Position numbers and translations under genes: made by a program. The notes below the pieces were generated by a model. That model was not told the DNA's origin. It searched no databases and worked only from the letters and a program-made list of their open reading frames with translations. A stretch of DNA of 64,000 nucleotides from Pseudomonadota bacterium (lineage in GTDB: Bacteria; Pseudomonadota; Gammaproteobacteria; Burkholderiales; JABEVD01), in the NCBI GenBank assembly GCA_021802545.1, contig JAJZRS010000001.1:30822-94821 (forward strand). Reading direction: 5' to 3'. This document shows, in pieces, positions 26,177 through 35,596 of the stretch (within the stretch, counting starts at the first letter, position 1; each line of letters begins with the position of its first letter).

Positions 26177-29100
26177 ATGATGGGTTATCAGGAAAACTTC
26201 TCCGGCTGGAATCAGATAACACTAGAAGATTTGGTGGTGGCTTACCGCAAAGCTAAGGCGGACTGTTTTTTTGAAAACACCTTTCCTACTGCCATCAAGT
26301 TTGCCGAATACGAACAAGATCTGCTTTATAATTTAAAAAAACTATTGTCTAGCTTGCATACTGAACAAGGGTTTTCCGATAATGATAAATATTTAGGTGA
26401 CATCCGCTTGTTGCCTAAGAAGCTGTCAATCAAAGCAAAGCCAGATGCAGTCAATGGGCACGTTCACTTTTCGAATCCTGCGCGATCCTTTGAGCATCTG
26501 ACCCACCAGAATGACCTGATTCCGGAATTTCGTGTTATCGGTGATTTTCCTGTAGAAACTCATATTCTCTCGGCTTTGTGGATCAATACGGTTGGGCACA
26601 AATTCGATGAACGTCTTGAAGACAGTTGCTATGGAGCGCGCCTCAAGCGGGTTCGTAATGATGAACTGCTTGGCAAAGACGCACCCAAACCATTCCATAT
26701 CAGTGCGATTGGCTCATTTGCCCCGTATTTTCAGCCATACCAGAAATGGCGCAATGATGGTTTGAATGCAATTCGAAGTGAGCTGGAGAAAGGGCACGAT
26801 GTCATTGCTGTGTCACTGGATTTGAAAAGCTATTACCACTTGATTGATCCGATGGCGCTTGCCTCAGATGGGCTACGTGAAGCGCTTGGACTTGAGCTGA
26901 CCGCCCAGGAGAAGTCTTTTACCCTGGAACTGGCTAATTTTCTTTGCCGCTGGTCGAGTCGAGCCAGCGAGTTTGCCGGAAAAACAATCATGGGTAGGAA
27001 GTCTATTCCTGGTGGTCTGGTCATTGGGCTAACTGCAAGCCGAATCATTTCTAATGCCTTGCTGCACCACTGGGACTGCATGATCAAGGAAAAGATCGGA
27101 CCTATCCACTATGGGCGTTATGTGGACGATATGTTTTTAGTGTTGCGTGATACGGGAGCCATTACGTGTAGCGAAGACTTTATGGTTTTTTTGCAGGAAC
27201 GTATGGGTAAAGAGTGCGTTATTCGTAAAAAAAGCGTCAATTCGAGCGCCGTCAATCAAGATCAACTATGGCAGATACAACAAGGTGAATCGATACAAGG
27301 CAAGAGCCAAATTAAGCTACAAGGGGATAAACAAAAACTCTTTGTGTTACAGGGACGAGCGGGGTTGGACTTACTCGACAGTATAGAGCGAGAGATTGCT
27401 GCGCTTTCCAGTGAGCACCGGTTAATGCCTTCACCGGACCAACTGGAGGACTCTACTGCGGCCAAAGTGCTTTCGGCAGCCGGAAGCGTGGGCGAAAATG
27501 CCGATAACTTGCGCCGTGCTGATGGTCTCACTATTCGCCGCTTGAGTTGGGCTTTGCAGTTGCGCCATGTAGAGACACTGGCCCGTGATTTACCGCCCCA
27601 TGAGTGGAAAAGTCAGCGTGAAGAATTTTACCAGTTTGCCCATAACCATATTCTCAGACCTGACACGCTATTTGCTCATTTCACATATTTACCTCGCTTG
27701 CTAGGTTTCGCCATCAGCATGAATGAGTGGAGGCAGGCTGAGCAGATTGTTGTAGCCACTTATGAGTCTCTTGCCATGCTGGAAGCTGAAGTCCGGCCAC
27801 GAGCAAATATCGCCATAAATGGTGTTGAATCCAAATCAGGCGAGGATATTTGGCGTTATATAAAAGGGACGTTGACTTGGTTGTTTATCGATGCTGCAAC
27901 ACGCTATTACGATCCGGACAAGTTACTTACTGATCGGCACGGGCGTAAAGAGCTACGGCTTGCGGAGTTATTTTTAAATGGTATATGGGGTGAGCTGGTT
28001 GATTTCGAGAACCTTCTTAATTTCCGATTCGGGTCAGAAGAGTTTTACCAAAAGGCTCCACTTGTAGCTATGGCCGATCTGGCCAAAGAGCCGTACAAGC
28101 GTATTTTGAAACGCAAAGCAGCAAGCGCATTGTTGAGTCAAGATAATAGGAGGCAAGAGAGTCGAATTCTCAAACTATTGGAATCGACAGAACTCCTCCA
28201 TACAGAAGATCTCAAGCGTTTTTTGCAGTCGACTCGTGTCAGTCGACTTGCAGCTGTTGCAGTGGGACATCGTAGTGGGGAAAGTTATTTGCCTTATCTG
28301 TTTCCAACGCGCCCACTTAGCGCTGCGGAAATTTCTGAATTGGCGCCAGAATGCGTAGGGCTGCCACAAATGGATGGTAAGGCTTGTGAAGATATGCCTG
28401 CTGTAATATGGGCCAAATACACTCAGGCGATACGTGGCGTTTGGGTGAAGCCGACCTTGTTGGCAGCAGATCAAGAAGAGGACGTGAAAGGAAAGAAAAA
28501 GAGAGCGAGCGCAACAAAGTTGCTGAGCATTGGTACAGACAAGAAGCGCAGGATAATTGTCGCTCTGTCCAACCTTAAAACTGAGGATGACGATTGGGCT
28601 GCCTCGGCTTGTGATAAGTCGAACCTTTCCAAGGATCGATATAGCCGTATATCAGACTTGGTAAACCAGACCTTGCGCTTAAATCCGAAACCAGATTACA
28701 TGCTGTTGCCTGAATTGTCTTTGCCGTTGCAATGGGTGGACAGTATTGCCTCTCGATTGACCGTTGCTGGTATCAGCCTAATAGCCGGTACGGAATATCG
28801 ACATTTCGGTAGAGATGAAATACTCAGCGAGGCATGCCTGGTACTAACGGATAATAGGCTGGGTTTTCCTGCAGCTATCAAGATATGGCAACCGAAACTT
28901 CAGCCGGGGGTGCGTGAAGATCAGCGACTGACTGATACATTTGGTAAGCGTTGGGCGTTCTCTGAGCTGACGGGTAAGAAAATCAAGCCAGTGTACGTTC
29001 ATAATGGGACTCATTTTGGCGTTATGGTTTGCTCCGAATTGCAGAACAGTAAAGCGCGAATCAAGTTCCAGGGTAAAGTGGATGCATTGATGGTGCTAAG

Positions 29101-29419
29101 CTGGAATCAGGATTTGGATACCTTTGCTGCGCTTATCGAATCGACTGCTTTGGATCTCCATGCATACACCATACTGGTAAATAATCGCGCATACGGAGAT
29201 AGCCGAGTAAGGTCTCCCGCAAAAGAAGTTTTTATGCGCGACTTGGCTCGTGTGCGTGGAGGGAATAATGATTTTGTAATAGCAGCCACGTTGGATATTG
29301 ATACATTGCGTGCCTTCCAAAGCCGTGCAAAGCGCTGGCCGCAAGAGGGAGATAAGTTTAAGCCGCTGCCGGAGGATTTTAGTTTGGCGGATGGGCGACA
29401 GAAGCTACCACCGAAATGA
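26177..29419 (+). CDS. Reverse transcriptase fused to a C-terminal nitrilase (C-N hydrolase)-like domain; DRT type 1-like (UG/Abi class RT)
   Basis: The start is taken at MMGYQ (AAGGA just upstream); the ORF is open from 26108. RT motifs: VIAVSLDLKSYYHLID (A), GGLVIGLTASRIISNALL (B), HYGRYVDDMFLVL (C, YVDD). A long helical middle region follows. The C-terminal ~300 aa has a Glu/Lys/Cys context typical of nitrilase-fold enzymes (YMLLPELSLP ... FGVMVCSELQN). Confidence 0.8.
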   Translation: MMGYQENFSGWNQITLEDLVVAYRKAKADCFFENTFPTAIKFAEYEQDLLYNLKKLLSSLHTEQGFSDNDKYLGDIRLLPKKLSIKAKPDAVNGHVHFSNPARSFEHLTHQNDLIPEFRVIGDFPVETHILSALWINTVGHKFDERLEDSCYGARLKRVRNDELLGKDAPKPFHISAIGSFAPYFQPYQKWRNDGLNAIRSELEKGHDVIAVSLDLKSYYHLIDPMALASDGLREALGLELTAQEKSFTLELANFLCRWSSRASEFAGKTIMGRKSIPGGLVIGLTASRIISNALLHHWDCMIKEKIGPIHYGRYVDDMFLVLRDTGAITCSEDFMVFLQERMGKECVIRKKSVNSSAVNQDQLWQIQQGESIQGKSQIKLQGDKQKLFVLQGRAGLDLLDSIEREIAALSSEHRLMPSPDQLEDSTAAKVLSAAGSVGENADNLRRADGLTIRRLSWALQLRHVETLARDLPPHEWKSQREEFYQFAHNHILRPDTLFAHFTYLPRLLGFAISMNEWRQAEQIVVATYESLAMLEAEVRPRANIAINGVESKSGEDIWRYIKGTLTWLFIDAATRYYDPDKLLTDRHGRKELRLAELFLNGIWGELVDFENLLNFRFGSEEFYQKAPLVAMADLAKEPYKRILKRKAASALLSQDNRRQESRILKLLESTELLHTEDLKRFLQSTRVSRLAAVAVGHRSGESYLPYLFPTRPLSAAEISELAPECVGLPQMDGKACEDMPAVIWAKYTQAIRGVWVKPTLLAADQEEDVKGKKKRASATKLLSIGTDKKRRIIVALSNLKTEDDDWAASACDKSNLSKDRYSRISDLVNQTLRLNPKPDYMLLPELSLPLQWVDSIASRLTVAGISLIAGTEYRHFGRDEILSEACLVLTDNRLGFPAAIKIWQPKLQPGVREDQRLTDTFGKRWAFSELTGKKIKPVYVHNGTHFGVMVCSELQNSKARIKFQGKVDALMVLSWNQDLDTFAALIESTALDLHAYTILVNNRAYGDSRVRSPAKEVFMRDLARVRGGNNDFVIAATLDIDTLRAFQSRAKRWPQEGDKFKPLPEDFSLADGRQKLPPK

Positions 29420-29696
29420 GATCGCCTAAATATCCATCACATTCTCAGCAACACGACGAACCTAGTTTAGAGGATGTCGAGGGCGTCCGGAAATTTACGT
29501 AAAACGGCCCTTGTCGCCTGAGTTCCGATGGTTCGTAAAGACCGAAGCCCGGTCATCGGCCGAAGCGGTCGATCTGAACATCCTGATAAGGCGACTGCCA
29601 GCACAAATGTTCGCCCCCCTTTTTTGTGAGGCTTGAGTGAAAAAGCGGCGAAGAGGCAATCCGAGCTACTGACTGATGTGAACTCACTTAGAAAAT

Positions 29697-29717
29697 GTAG
29701 CCTAGTTGTAGCCTAGG
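29697..29717 (+). repeat. 21-bp motif TGTAGCCTA-N2-TGTAGCCTAG (right copy)
   Basis: TGTAGCCTAGTTGTAGCCTAG, 55 nt from the tRNA 3' end. It is the partner of 22443-22463. Confidence 0.65.
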
Positions 29718-29771
29718 CGCATTTTGGGCGGGGTCAATGGCCTACAAATTTATCATAAGCCATTGTTTTTG

Positions 29772-29847
29772 TGGTGCCGGCAATAGGAATCGAACCCACG
29801 ACCTTCTGATTACAAATCAGCTGCTCTACCAACTGAGCTATGCCGGC
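29772..29847 (-). tRNA. tRNA-Thr (anticodon UGU), with encoded CCA
   Basis: The reverse complement folds by hand as GCCGGCA-TA-GCTC-AGTTGGTA-GAGC-A-GCTGA-TTTGTAA-TCAGA-AGGTC-GTGGG-TTCGATT-CCTAT-TGCCGGC-ACCA. It is 76 nt with the anticodon loop TT-TGT-AA. Confidence 0.9.
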
Positions 29848-29888
29848 GCGCTTGAATTATATAAGCTGGAACCGAGTCGGACAACCGC

Positions 29889-30269
29889 TCACTTGACGAT
29901 GTGGAGCTTCGGCTTTGTCGGGGCGGGGGGCGGCGGCTCTTGTTCTGGGCCGCTGGAGCCTTCGACCTGGAAGAACAATCCTTCACCGTTCTCCTTGGAA
30001 AAGATCCCCGCCACCCTGGAGACGGGGATCCATATGTCCCTGGGCACGCCGCCGAAGCGCGCGGTGAACTGGATCGAATCGTTGCCGAGCACCAAGCCGC
30101 GCGTCGCCGCAACCCCGATGTTGAGGACGATCTCGCCTTCCTTGACGAACTCCATCGGCACCTTCGTGTTGTCGTCAATCTTCACCGAAAGATAGGGTGT
30201 CATGCCGGAATCGGAGCACCATTCGTAGATTGCCCTGATGAGGTATGGCTTGGTGGAGGCCGTGCTCAC
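29889..30269 (-). CDS. sspB: Stringent starvation protein B (ClpXP adaptor)
   Basis: KPYLIRAIYEWCSDSGMTPYLSV block, a Pro-rich linker and the LHIVK tail. 4-nt overlap with sspA. Confidence 0.9.
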   Translation of the reverse strand: MSTASTKPYLIRAIYEWCSDSGMTPYLSVKIDDNTKVPMEFVKEGEIVLNIGVAATRGLVLGNDSIQFTARFGGVPRDIWIPVSRVAGIFSKENGEGLFFQVEGSSGPEQEPPPPAPTKPKLHIVK

Positions 30270-30865
30270 TTGCGCATGACCTTCTCGGAGGCGGTCAGCG
30301 CGGCGATGAAGGCGGGTCTGCTGAAAATGCGCTCGGCGTATTTCAGAATCGGCGCCGCCTGCTTGCCGAGCTGGATGCCGTAATAGTCTAGGCGCCAGAG
30401 CAGCGGAGCGAGCGCGACGTCGAGCATCGAGAATTCGTCGCCCAGTATGTATTTCTGCTTGGCGAATACGGGGGCGATCTGGGTCAGGCTGTCGCGTATG
30501 GCGATTCTCGCCTTTTCGGCGGACTTCTGGCTGCCGCGCTCGATTTCCTCGACATGGACGAAGAGCTCCTTTTCGAACCTGAAAAGGAAGAGCCTTGCCC
30601 TCGCGCGCATGATCGGGTCCGCGGGCATCAGCTGGGGATGGGGAAAGCGGTCGTCGATGTATTCGTTGATGATGTTAGATTCGTACAGGACCAGGTCGCG
30701 CTCGACGAGGACGGGAACCTGATTGTAGGGGTTCATGACAGCCAGATCCTCTGGCTTGTTGTAGAGGTCGACGTCTATGATCTGGAAATCCATATCCTTT
30801 TCGTACAGCACGATGCGGCATCGTTGGCTGAAAGGGCAGGACGTGCCCGAATACAAAGTCATCAT
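30266..30865 (-). CDS. sspA: Stringent starvation protein A (GST-like)
   Basis: MTLYSGTSCPFSQRCRIVLYEKDMDF...NPYNQVPVLVERDLVLYESNIINEYIDDRFPHPQLMP. Confidence 0.9.
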   Translation of the reverse strand: MMTLYSGTSCPFSQRCRIVLYEKDMDFQIIDVDLYNKPEDLAVMNPYNQVPVLVERDLVLYESNIINEYIDDRFPHPQLMPADPIMRARARLFLFRFEKELFVHVEEIERGSQKSAEKARIAIRDSLTQIAPVFAKQKYILGDEFSMLDVALAPLLWRLDYYGIQLGKQAAPILKYAERIFSRPAFIAALTASEKVMRK

Positions 30866-30957
30866 GGCCGTAATTTCCTGAAAATGGGTATTTTAACCCA
30901 TTTCTGCCACAAATACGAAATACTGTGAGATAACTCTATGTATATTAATGTGAAATG

Positions 30958-31704
30958 TCAGATCGGGTTGTTCGTGTCGATATGCGTGTGAATCAGCCCG
31001 AAGGTTTTCGCCAAATGCTCGCCGAGCGCCCGGATTCCGTATCGCTCTGTCGCATAATGCCCTGCGCAGATGTAGGCGATGCCGGATTCATTTGCTTCGT
31101 GAACGGTCTGCTCCGATATTTCCCCTGAAAGGTAGGCATCCGCACCCAGTCTGGCCGCTTCCAGAAGATAGCCTTGGGCGGCTCCGCTGCACCAGGCGAT
31201 TTTTTTCACCTGCCTGGATATATTCCCGACGACGAACGCATCCCTGCCGAGTCGGTTGCCTATCCTGTCTGCGAGTTCAAGCGCAGTAACGGCATCAATT
31301 GTATTGCCGAGCATGCCTATCCCCTGATCAGCGAATCTGGAGGCGACCGAAAAGCCGAGCCTTTGGGCAAGCATGGCATTGTTGCCGAGCTCGGGATGGG
31401 CGTCGAGCGGCAGGTGATAGGCGAAAAGACTCATGCCGCTTTTCAGGAGAAGTTCGATGCGATTTTTCTTGATGCCGGCGATCCTGGGGTCTTCGTTCTT
31501 CCAGAAATAGCCGTGATGGACGAAAACCGCGTCAGCCCCTGCTTCACTGGCCTTCTCGAGGAAAGCGAGGGAAGCGGTGACGCCGGTCGCGATTTTTCCG
31601 ATCTCGATCTTTCCTTCGACCTGGAGGCCGTTCGGGCAATAATCCCTGAACCGGTCGATCTCGAGCAAACGTCCGGTATAATCTTCCAATTCGTTTCGAA
31701 GCAT
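30958..31704 (-). CDS. Nif3-like dinuclear metal centre protein (YbgI family)
   Basis: PNGLQVEG...ADAVFVHHGYFW...AYHLPLDAHPELGNN...CAGHYATERYG. Confidence 0.85.
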   Translation of the reverse strand: MLRNELEDYTGRLLEIDRFRDYCPNGLQVEGKIEIGKIATGVTASLAFLEKASEAGADAVFVHHGYFWKNEDPRIAGIKKNRIELLLKSGMSLFAYHLPLDAHPELGNNAMLAQRLGFSVASRFADQGIGMLGNTIDAVTALELADRIGNRLGRDAFVVGNISRQVKKIAWCSGAAQGYLLEAARLGADAYLSGEISEQTVHEANESGIAYICAGHYATERYGIRALGEHLAKTFGLIHTHIDTNNPI

Positions 31705-31718
31705 AAGGATCCTCGGCC

Positions 31719-32861
31719 ATGCGCAGACTTTGGCTTATTTTTGCACAAACGGCGACCATAAGTCTTGCCATTCTGTTCGTCGTCTCGACCCTGAAATCCA
31801 ATCTGCTTCCTTTCGGCAGACATGGCTCCATCGCGACGATCAGGGAGGCGGTCGAGGTCAAGGGCGGCAAGATGAGCGGTTTTTCAAATGCGGCCGCCAA
31901 GGCCATGCCTTCGGTGGTCAACATCTTCACGAGCCATGAAGTCAGGGTGCCGAGAAATCCGCTCATGGACGACCCATTCTTCAGGCGCTTCTTCGGCGAG
32001 CCGGGGCGGTCCGAGACGAGGCGAAGCTTCAGCCTGGGTTCGGGCGTGATCGTGAGCCCCGAGGGATTCATCCTGACCAACAGGCATGTCATCGAGGCCG
32101 CTGACGAAATCGAGGTCGCGCTCTCGGACGGCAGGAAGTCGCTCGCCAAGGTGGTCGGGTCCGATCCCGAGACGGATCTGGCCGTGCTGAAGGTCGATTT
32201 CAAGAACCTGACCCCGATCACATTCGGGCAATCGGAAAGCATCAAGGTGGGGGATATCGTGCTGGCCATTGGGAACCCCTTCGGCGTCGGGGAAACGGTC
32301 ACCATGGGCATCGTCAGCGCATTGGGCAGGAACCACCTGGGCATCAATACCTACGAGAATTTCATCCAGACGGATGCGCCCATCAATCCCGGCAATTCAG
32401 GCGGCGCGCTCGTCGATTCGGGCGGCAATCTCGTCGGCATCAATACCGCGATCTATTCGCAAAGCGGAGGCTCCCTCGGCATCGGATTCGCCATTCCGGT
32501 GAGCCTCGCCAAGAACGTGATGGAGCAGATCATGGAGAAGGGTTCCGTGACGCGCGGCTGGATCGGCGTCGAAGTGCAGGACATCAGTCCCGAGCTTGCG
32601 GATTCATTCAGGCTTTCCGACACTAGGGGGGCGCTGATCGCCGGCGTGTTCAGGGGAGGGCCGGCCTATTCCGCGGGGATGCGCCCCGGAGACATCCTGA
32701 TCCAGCTTGAGGGCAGCCGTGTTGATGACGCCTCATCCATGCTGAACGACATCGCCGAGCTCGAGCCGGGCAAGGTTGCGCGCATGACGATCCTGAGGGG
32801 CGGGAAAAAGATGGAGCTCAAGGTCACGGTGGGCAAGCGCCCGAACATCCGGAGGCATTGA
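31719..32861 (+). CDS. Periplasmic trypsin-like serine protease with one PDZ domain (DegS/AlgW type)
   Basis: N-terminal TM anchor. Triad contexts are TNRHVIE, ETDLAVLKV and GNSGGALVD. There is a single C-terminal PDZ-like segment. Confidence 0.85.
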   Translation: MRRLWLIFAQTATISLAILFVVSTLKSNLLPFGRHGSIATIREAVEVKGGKMSGFSNAAAKAMPSVVNIFTSHEVRVPRNPLMDDPFFRRFFGEPGRSETRRSFSLGSGVIVSPEGFILTNRHVIEAADEIEVALSDGRKSLAKVVGSDPETDLAVLKVDFKNLTPITFGQSESIKVGDIVLAIGNPFGVGETVTMGIVSALGRNHLGINTYENFIQTDAPINPGNSGGALVDSGGNLVGINTAIYSQSGGSLGIGFAIPVSLAKNVMEQIMEKGSVTRGWIGVEVQDISPELADSFRLSDTRGALIAGVFRGGPAYSAGMRPGDILIQLEGSRVDDASSMLNDIAELEPGKVARMTILRGGKKMELKVTVGKRPNIRRH

Positions 32862-33616
32862 TGCTGGTCGACACCCATTGCCATCTCGATGCGGCCGAGT
32901 TCGACCCGGACAGGGCTCAGGTCATCGAGCGCGCGAGAATGGCGGGGGTGGGAGCATTCGTCGTCCCGGGAGTGGAGCGAAAATCCTTCGGCAATGTGCT
33001 CGAATTGTGCGCAGCTGAACTCGCCTGCCATCCCGCGCTCGGCATTCATCCCCTTTATGTCGAGGAGGCTTCCTTCGAAGATCTGGATTATTTGCGCGAA
33101 AAGGCGCTGGAAGTCGTCGCGATCGGCGAGATCGGGCTGGATTTCTTCGTCGAGCATTACGACAGGAATCTCCAGGTCGACTATTTCGAGGCGCAGCTCA
33201 AGATTGCGCGCGAATTCGATCTTCCCGTCCTCCTCCACGTGCGCCGCTCGCAGGACGCCATCCTTGCAAGCTTGAGGAAAGCAAAGGTCAAGGGCGGGAT
33301 CGCGCATGCCTTCAACGGCAGCCTGCAGCAGGCGGAGGAATTCATCAAGCTGGGCTTCAAGCTCGGTTTCGGCGGGGCGATGACCTACGAGCGGGCGACG
33401 AAAATACGCCATCTTGCCGAGATTCTTCCCCTGGAATCGATCGTCCTCGAGACGGATTCCCCCGACATGCCGCCATCCTTCATCGGAAAAAACAGGAATT
33501 CTCCTGAATATTTGCCGAAAATAGCAGAAGTTCTTGCAAATTTGAGGAAAATTACTGTAGATGAAGTGGCGATCGCAACGACTGAAAACGCAAGAGAAGT
33601 GCTGGAGCTGGAATGA
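32858..33616 (+). CDS. TatD-family metal-dependent hydrolase
   Basis: LVDTHCHLD...GEIGLDF...LHVR...GIAHAFNGS...ETDSPD. 4-nt overlaps on both sides. Confidence 0.85.
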   Translation: MMLVDTHCHLDAAEFDPDRAQVIERARMAGVGAFVVPGVERKSFGNVLELCAAELACHPALGIHPLYVEEASFEDLDYLREKALEVVAIGEIGLDFFVEHYDRNLQVDYFEAQLKIAREFDLPVLLHVRRSQDAILASLRKAKVKGGIAHAFNGSLQQAEEFIKLGFKLGFGGAMTYERATKIRHLAEILPLESIVLETDSPDMPPSFIGKNRNSPEYLPKIAEVLANLRKITVDEVAIATTENAREVLELE

Positions 33617-34329
33617 GCAGATTCGAAAGGACGCGCATCCTCATCGGGGATGAAGGTATAGCCAAACTGGCATCGAAACATGTTTTCCTTGCAGGTCTTG
33701 GCGGGGTGGGCTCCTATTGCGCCGAAGCGCTGGCGCGCGGCGGCATAGGCCGGCTCACTCTGCTCGACCACGACGTGGTGGCTGAGAGCAACATCAACAG
33801 GCAGTTGCCGGCCCTGGATTCGACAGTGGGGCAATCCAAGGCTGAATTGATGGCGTCGAGGATCCACGAGATCAATCCCGACTGCGTCGTCGCGATCAGG
33901 CGGGAATTCCTGAATGTCGAGAACGTCAACGACATCGTCCCCGTGGATGCGGATTACGTGATCGATGCGATCGATTCGCTCAACTGCAAGGTCGCGCTGG
34001 TTGCCGAGAGCGTGAAAAGAGGGCTGAAAGTCGCGTCCAGCATGGGCGCAGGAAACAAGCTCGATCCATCGAGGATCAGGCTCGCCGACATTTCGGAGAC
34101 GAGGATCTGCCCGCTTGCAAGCCAGATGAGGAAAAGATTGCGTAAGCGTGGCATCGAGCAGGGCGTGCTGACGGTTTACACGGACGAGCAGCCCAGGCCG
34201 CCGCTTCCCCCCGAGCCTGTCTCCGGGCACGGGCGCCCCAGGGCGGTCAACGGCACGATCAGCTACATGCCGCCGCTTTTCGGCTTCATGCTCGCAGGCG
34301 CCGTGATCAAGTCGCTCCTGGAAGCGTGA
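33613..34329 (+). CDS. tcdA: tRNA threonylcarbamoyladenosine dehydratase (ThiF-family, TcdA/CsdL-like)
   Basis: [39 protein letters not shown]...YVIDAIDS closely parallels E. coli TcdA as I remember it. Confidence 0.75.
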   Translation: MSRFERTRILIGDEGIAKLASKHVFLAGLGGVGSYCAEALARGGIGRLTLLDHDVVAESNINRQLPALDSTVGQSKAELMASRIHEINPDCVVAIRREFLNVENVNDIVPVDADYVIDAIDSLNCKVALVAESVKRGLKVASSMGAGNKLDPSRIRLADISETRICPLASQMRKRLRKRGIEQGVLTVYTDEQPRPPLPPEPVSGHGRPRAVNGTISYMPPLFGFMLAGAVIKSLLEA

Positions 34330-35596
34330 AGAGCGCGATCGACTCGACGTGGGAAGTGTGCGGGAACATGTTGATCACGCCCGCGCAGGCCAAATCATAG
34401 CCTTTCGAATGGACGAGTATCCCGGCATCCCTGGCGAGGGTTGCAGGGTCGCACGAGACGTAGACGATGCGCTTCGGATAAGGTTCCTTCAGCGCCTGGA
34501 CAAGCTCGTGCGCGCCCGCCCTGGGCGGGTCGATCAGCAGCTTGTCGTATCCTGAAAGATCGACTCCTTTTTTCTCGAACAGGTCGGCCACCTCGAAGCG
34601 CGCATTCGAGATGCCGTTCTTTCCCGCATTCTGCTTCGCGCGTTCGACGAGAACGGCGCTGCCTTCCATCCCCGTAACAAGCGCTCCCGACCTTGCGATA
34701 GGCAGCGTGAAATTCCCCAGCCCGCAGAAGAGATCGGCTATCTCTTCGCCTTTTCTCGGCGCGAGAAGATCGATGGCGCGCCTCACCATGACCCGGTTGA
34801 CCGAGAAATTCACCTGCGTGAAGTCCGAAGGCAGGAAGGGCATGGTGATGCCGAATTCCAGAAGGGAATAATGCAGGTTCGCGGATTCGGGCGGATGGAA
34901 AGGGTGGATCGAATCGACCCCCTTGGGCTGGAGGTAGATCGCCACGCCATGCCGATCTGCGAATTCCCTGATGATTTTCTCGTCCGATTCGGTGAGCGGA
35001 TCGAGGATCCTGAAAACGAGGAGATCGCAATCCTCTCCTGCCACGACCTCTATCTGGGGGAGGCGTCTTTTCACGGAAAGCCGCTCGATCATTTCCTTGA
35101 GATGCGGAATCAGTCCGGATATTTTTTCCGGGAGAACTGCGCAGCTTTCCATGTCGGTGACGTAGCGGGTGCGCTTTTCGTTGAATCCGACCAGGACTTT
35201 TTCCTTCTTCTCGACGTATTTCACCGAAAGCCTGGCCCTGCGCCGGTATTCCCAGTAGGGGCCATGGATGGGCGGCAGGATGCGATCCGCCCTCACCCTG
35301 CCCACATGCCAGAGCGCATCTTCCAGGATGCGCTGCTTCGCGGCGACCTGGGCCGATGGCTCGAGATGCTGCATGCTGCACCCGCCGCAGAGGCCGAAAT
35401 TGGGGCATTTCGGTTCGGTTCGCCAGGGACTGCTGACCTGTATCCTGGTCACGTTGGCAAATTCGACCTTCGGTTTCTTCTTGAAAACCGAATAGTCCAC
35501 CTGCTCTCCCGGAAGGGCGCCTTCGACGAAGACAGCCTTGCCTTCCACATGAGCGACCCCTCTGCCCTCGTGGTCGAGGGATTCGATTCTTGTCAT
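34307..35596 (-). CDS. rlmD: 23S rRNA (uracil-C5)-methyltransferase RlmD/RumA
   Basis: N-terminal TRAM-like region ([21 protein letters not shown]), Cys cluster ([15 protein letters not shown]) and SAM-MTase motifs ([18 protein letters not shown]). Confidence 0.85.
   Translation of the reverse strand: MTRIESLDHEGRGVAHVEGKAVFVEGALPGEQVDYSVFKKKPKVEFANVTRIQVSSPWRTEPKCPNFGLCGGCSMQHLEPSAQVAAKQRILEDALWHVGRVRADRILPPIHGPYWEYRRRARLSVKYVEKKEKVLVGFNEKRTRYVTDMESCAVLPEKISGLIPHLKEMIERLSVKRRLPQIEVVAGEDCDLLVFRILDPLTESDEKIIREFADRHGVAIYLQPKGVDSIHPFHPPESANLHYSLLEFGITMPFLPSDFTQVNFSVNRVMVRRAIDLLAPRKGEEIADLFCGLGNFTLPIARSGALVTGMEGSAVLVERAKQNAGKNGISNARFEVADLFEKKGVDLSGYDKLLIDPPRAGAHELVQALKEPYPKRIVYVSCDPATLARDAGILVHSKGYDLACAGVINMFPHTSHVESIALFTLPGAT

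Larger units (their letters stand above)
22326..29771. mobile_element. tRNA-proximal (younger) genomic island B: SIR2-APAZ/short pAgo operon plus RT-nitrilase gene; no recombinase
   Basis: Flanked by the perfect 45-bp repeat and the intact tRNA-Thr. It is visibly AT-richer than the core flanks. The same 21-bp motif occurs just inside both ends. All three genes are defence-type. Confidence 0.7.

Noticed and set aside
29420-29771. Search for an integrase, excisionase or small gene between the RT stop and the tRNA
   Set aside because: No ORF of 60 aa or more exists on either strand, and I did not spot a convincing AlpA/Xis-like short ORF by eye. The region is treated as an island arm carrying the 21-bp motif.
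29737-30195. 152-aa plus-strand ORF spanning the tRNA and sspB
   Set aside because: It reads through the tRNA-Thr gene and is antisense to a clear sspB, so it is an artefact.
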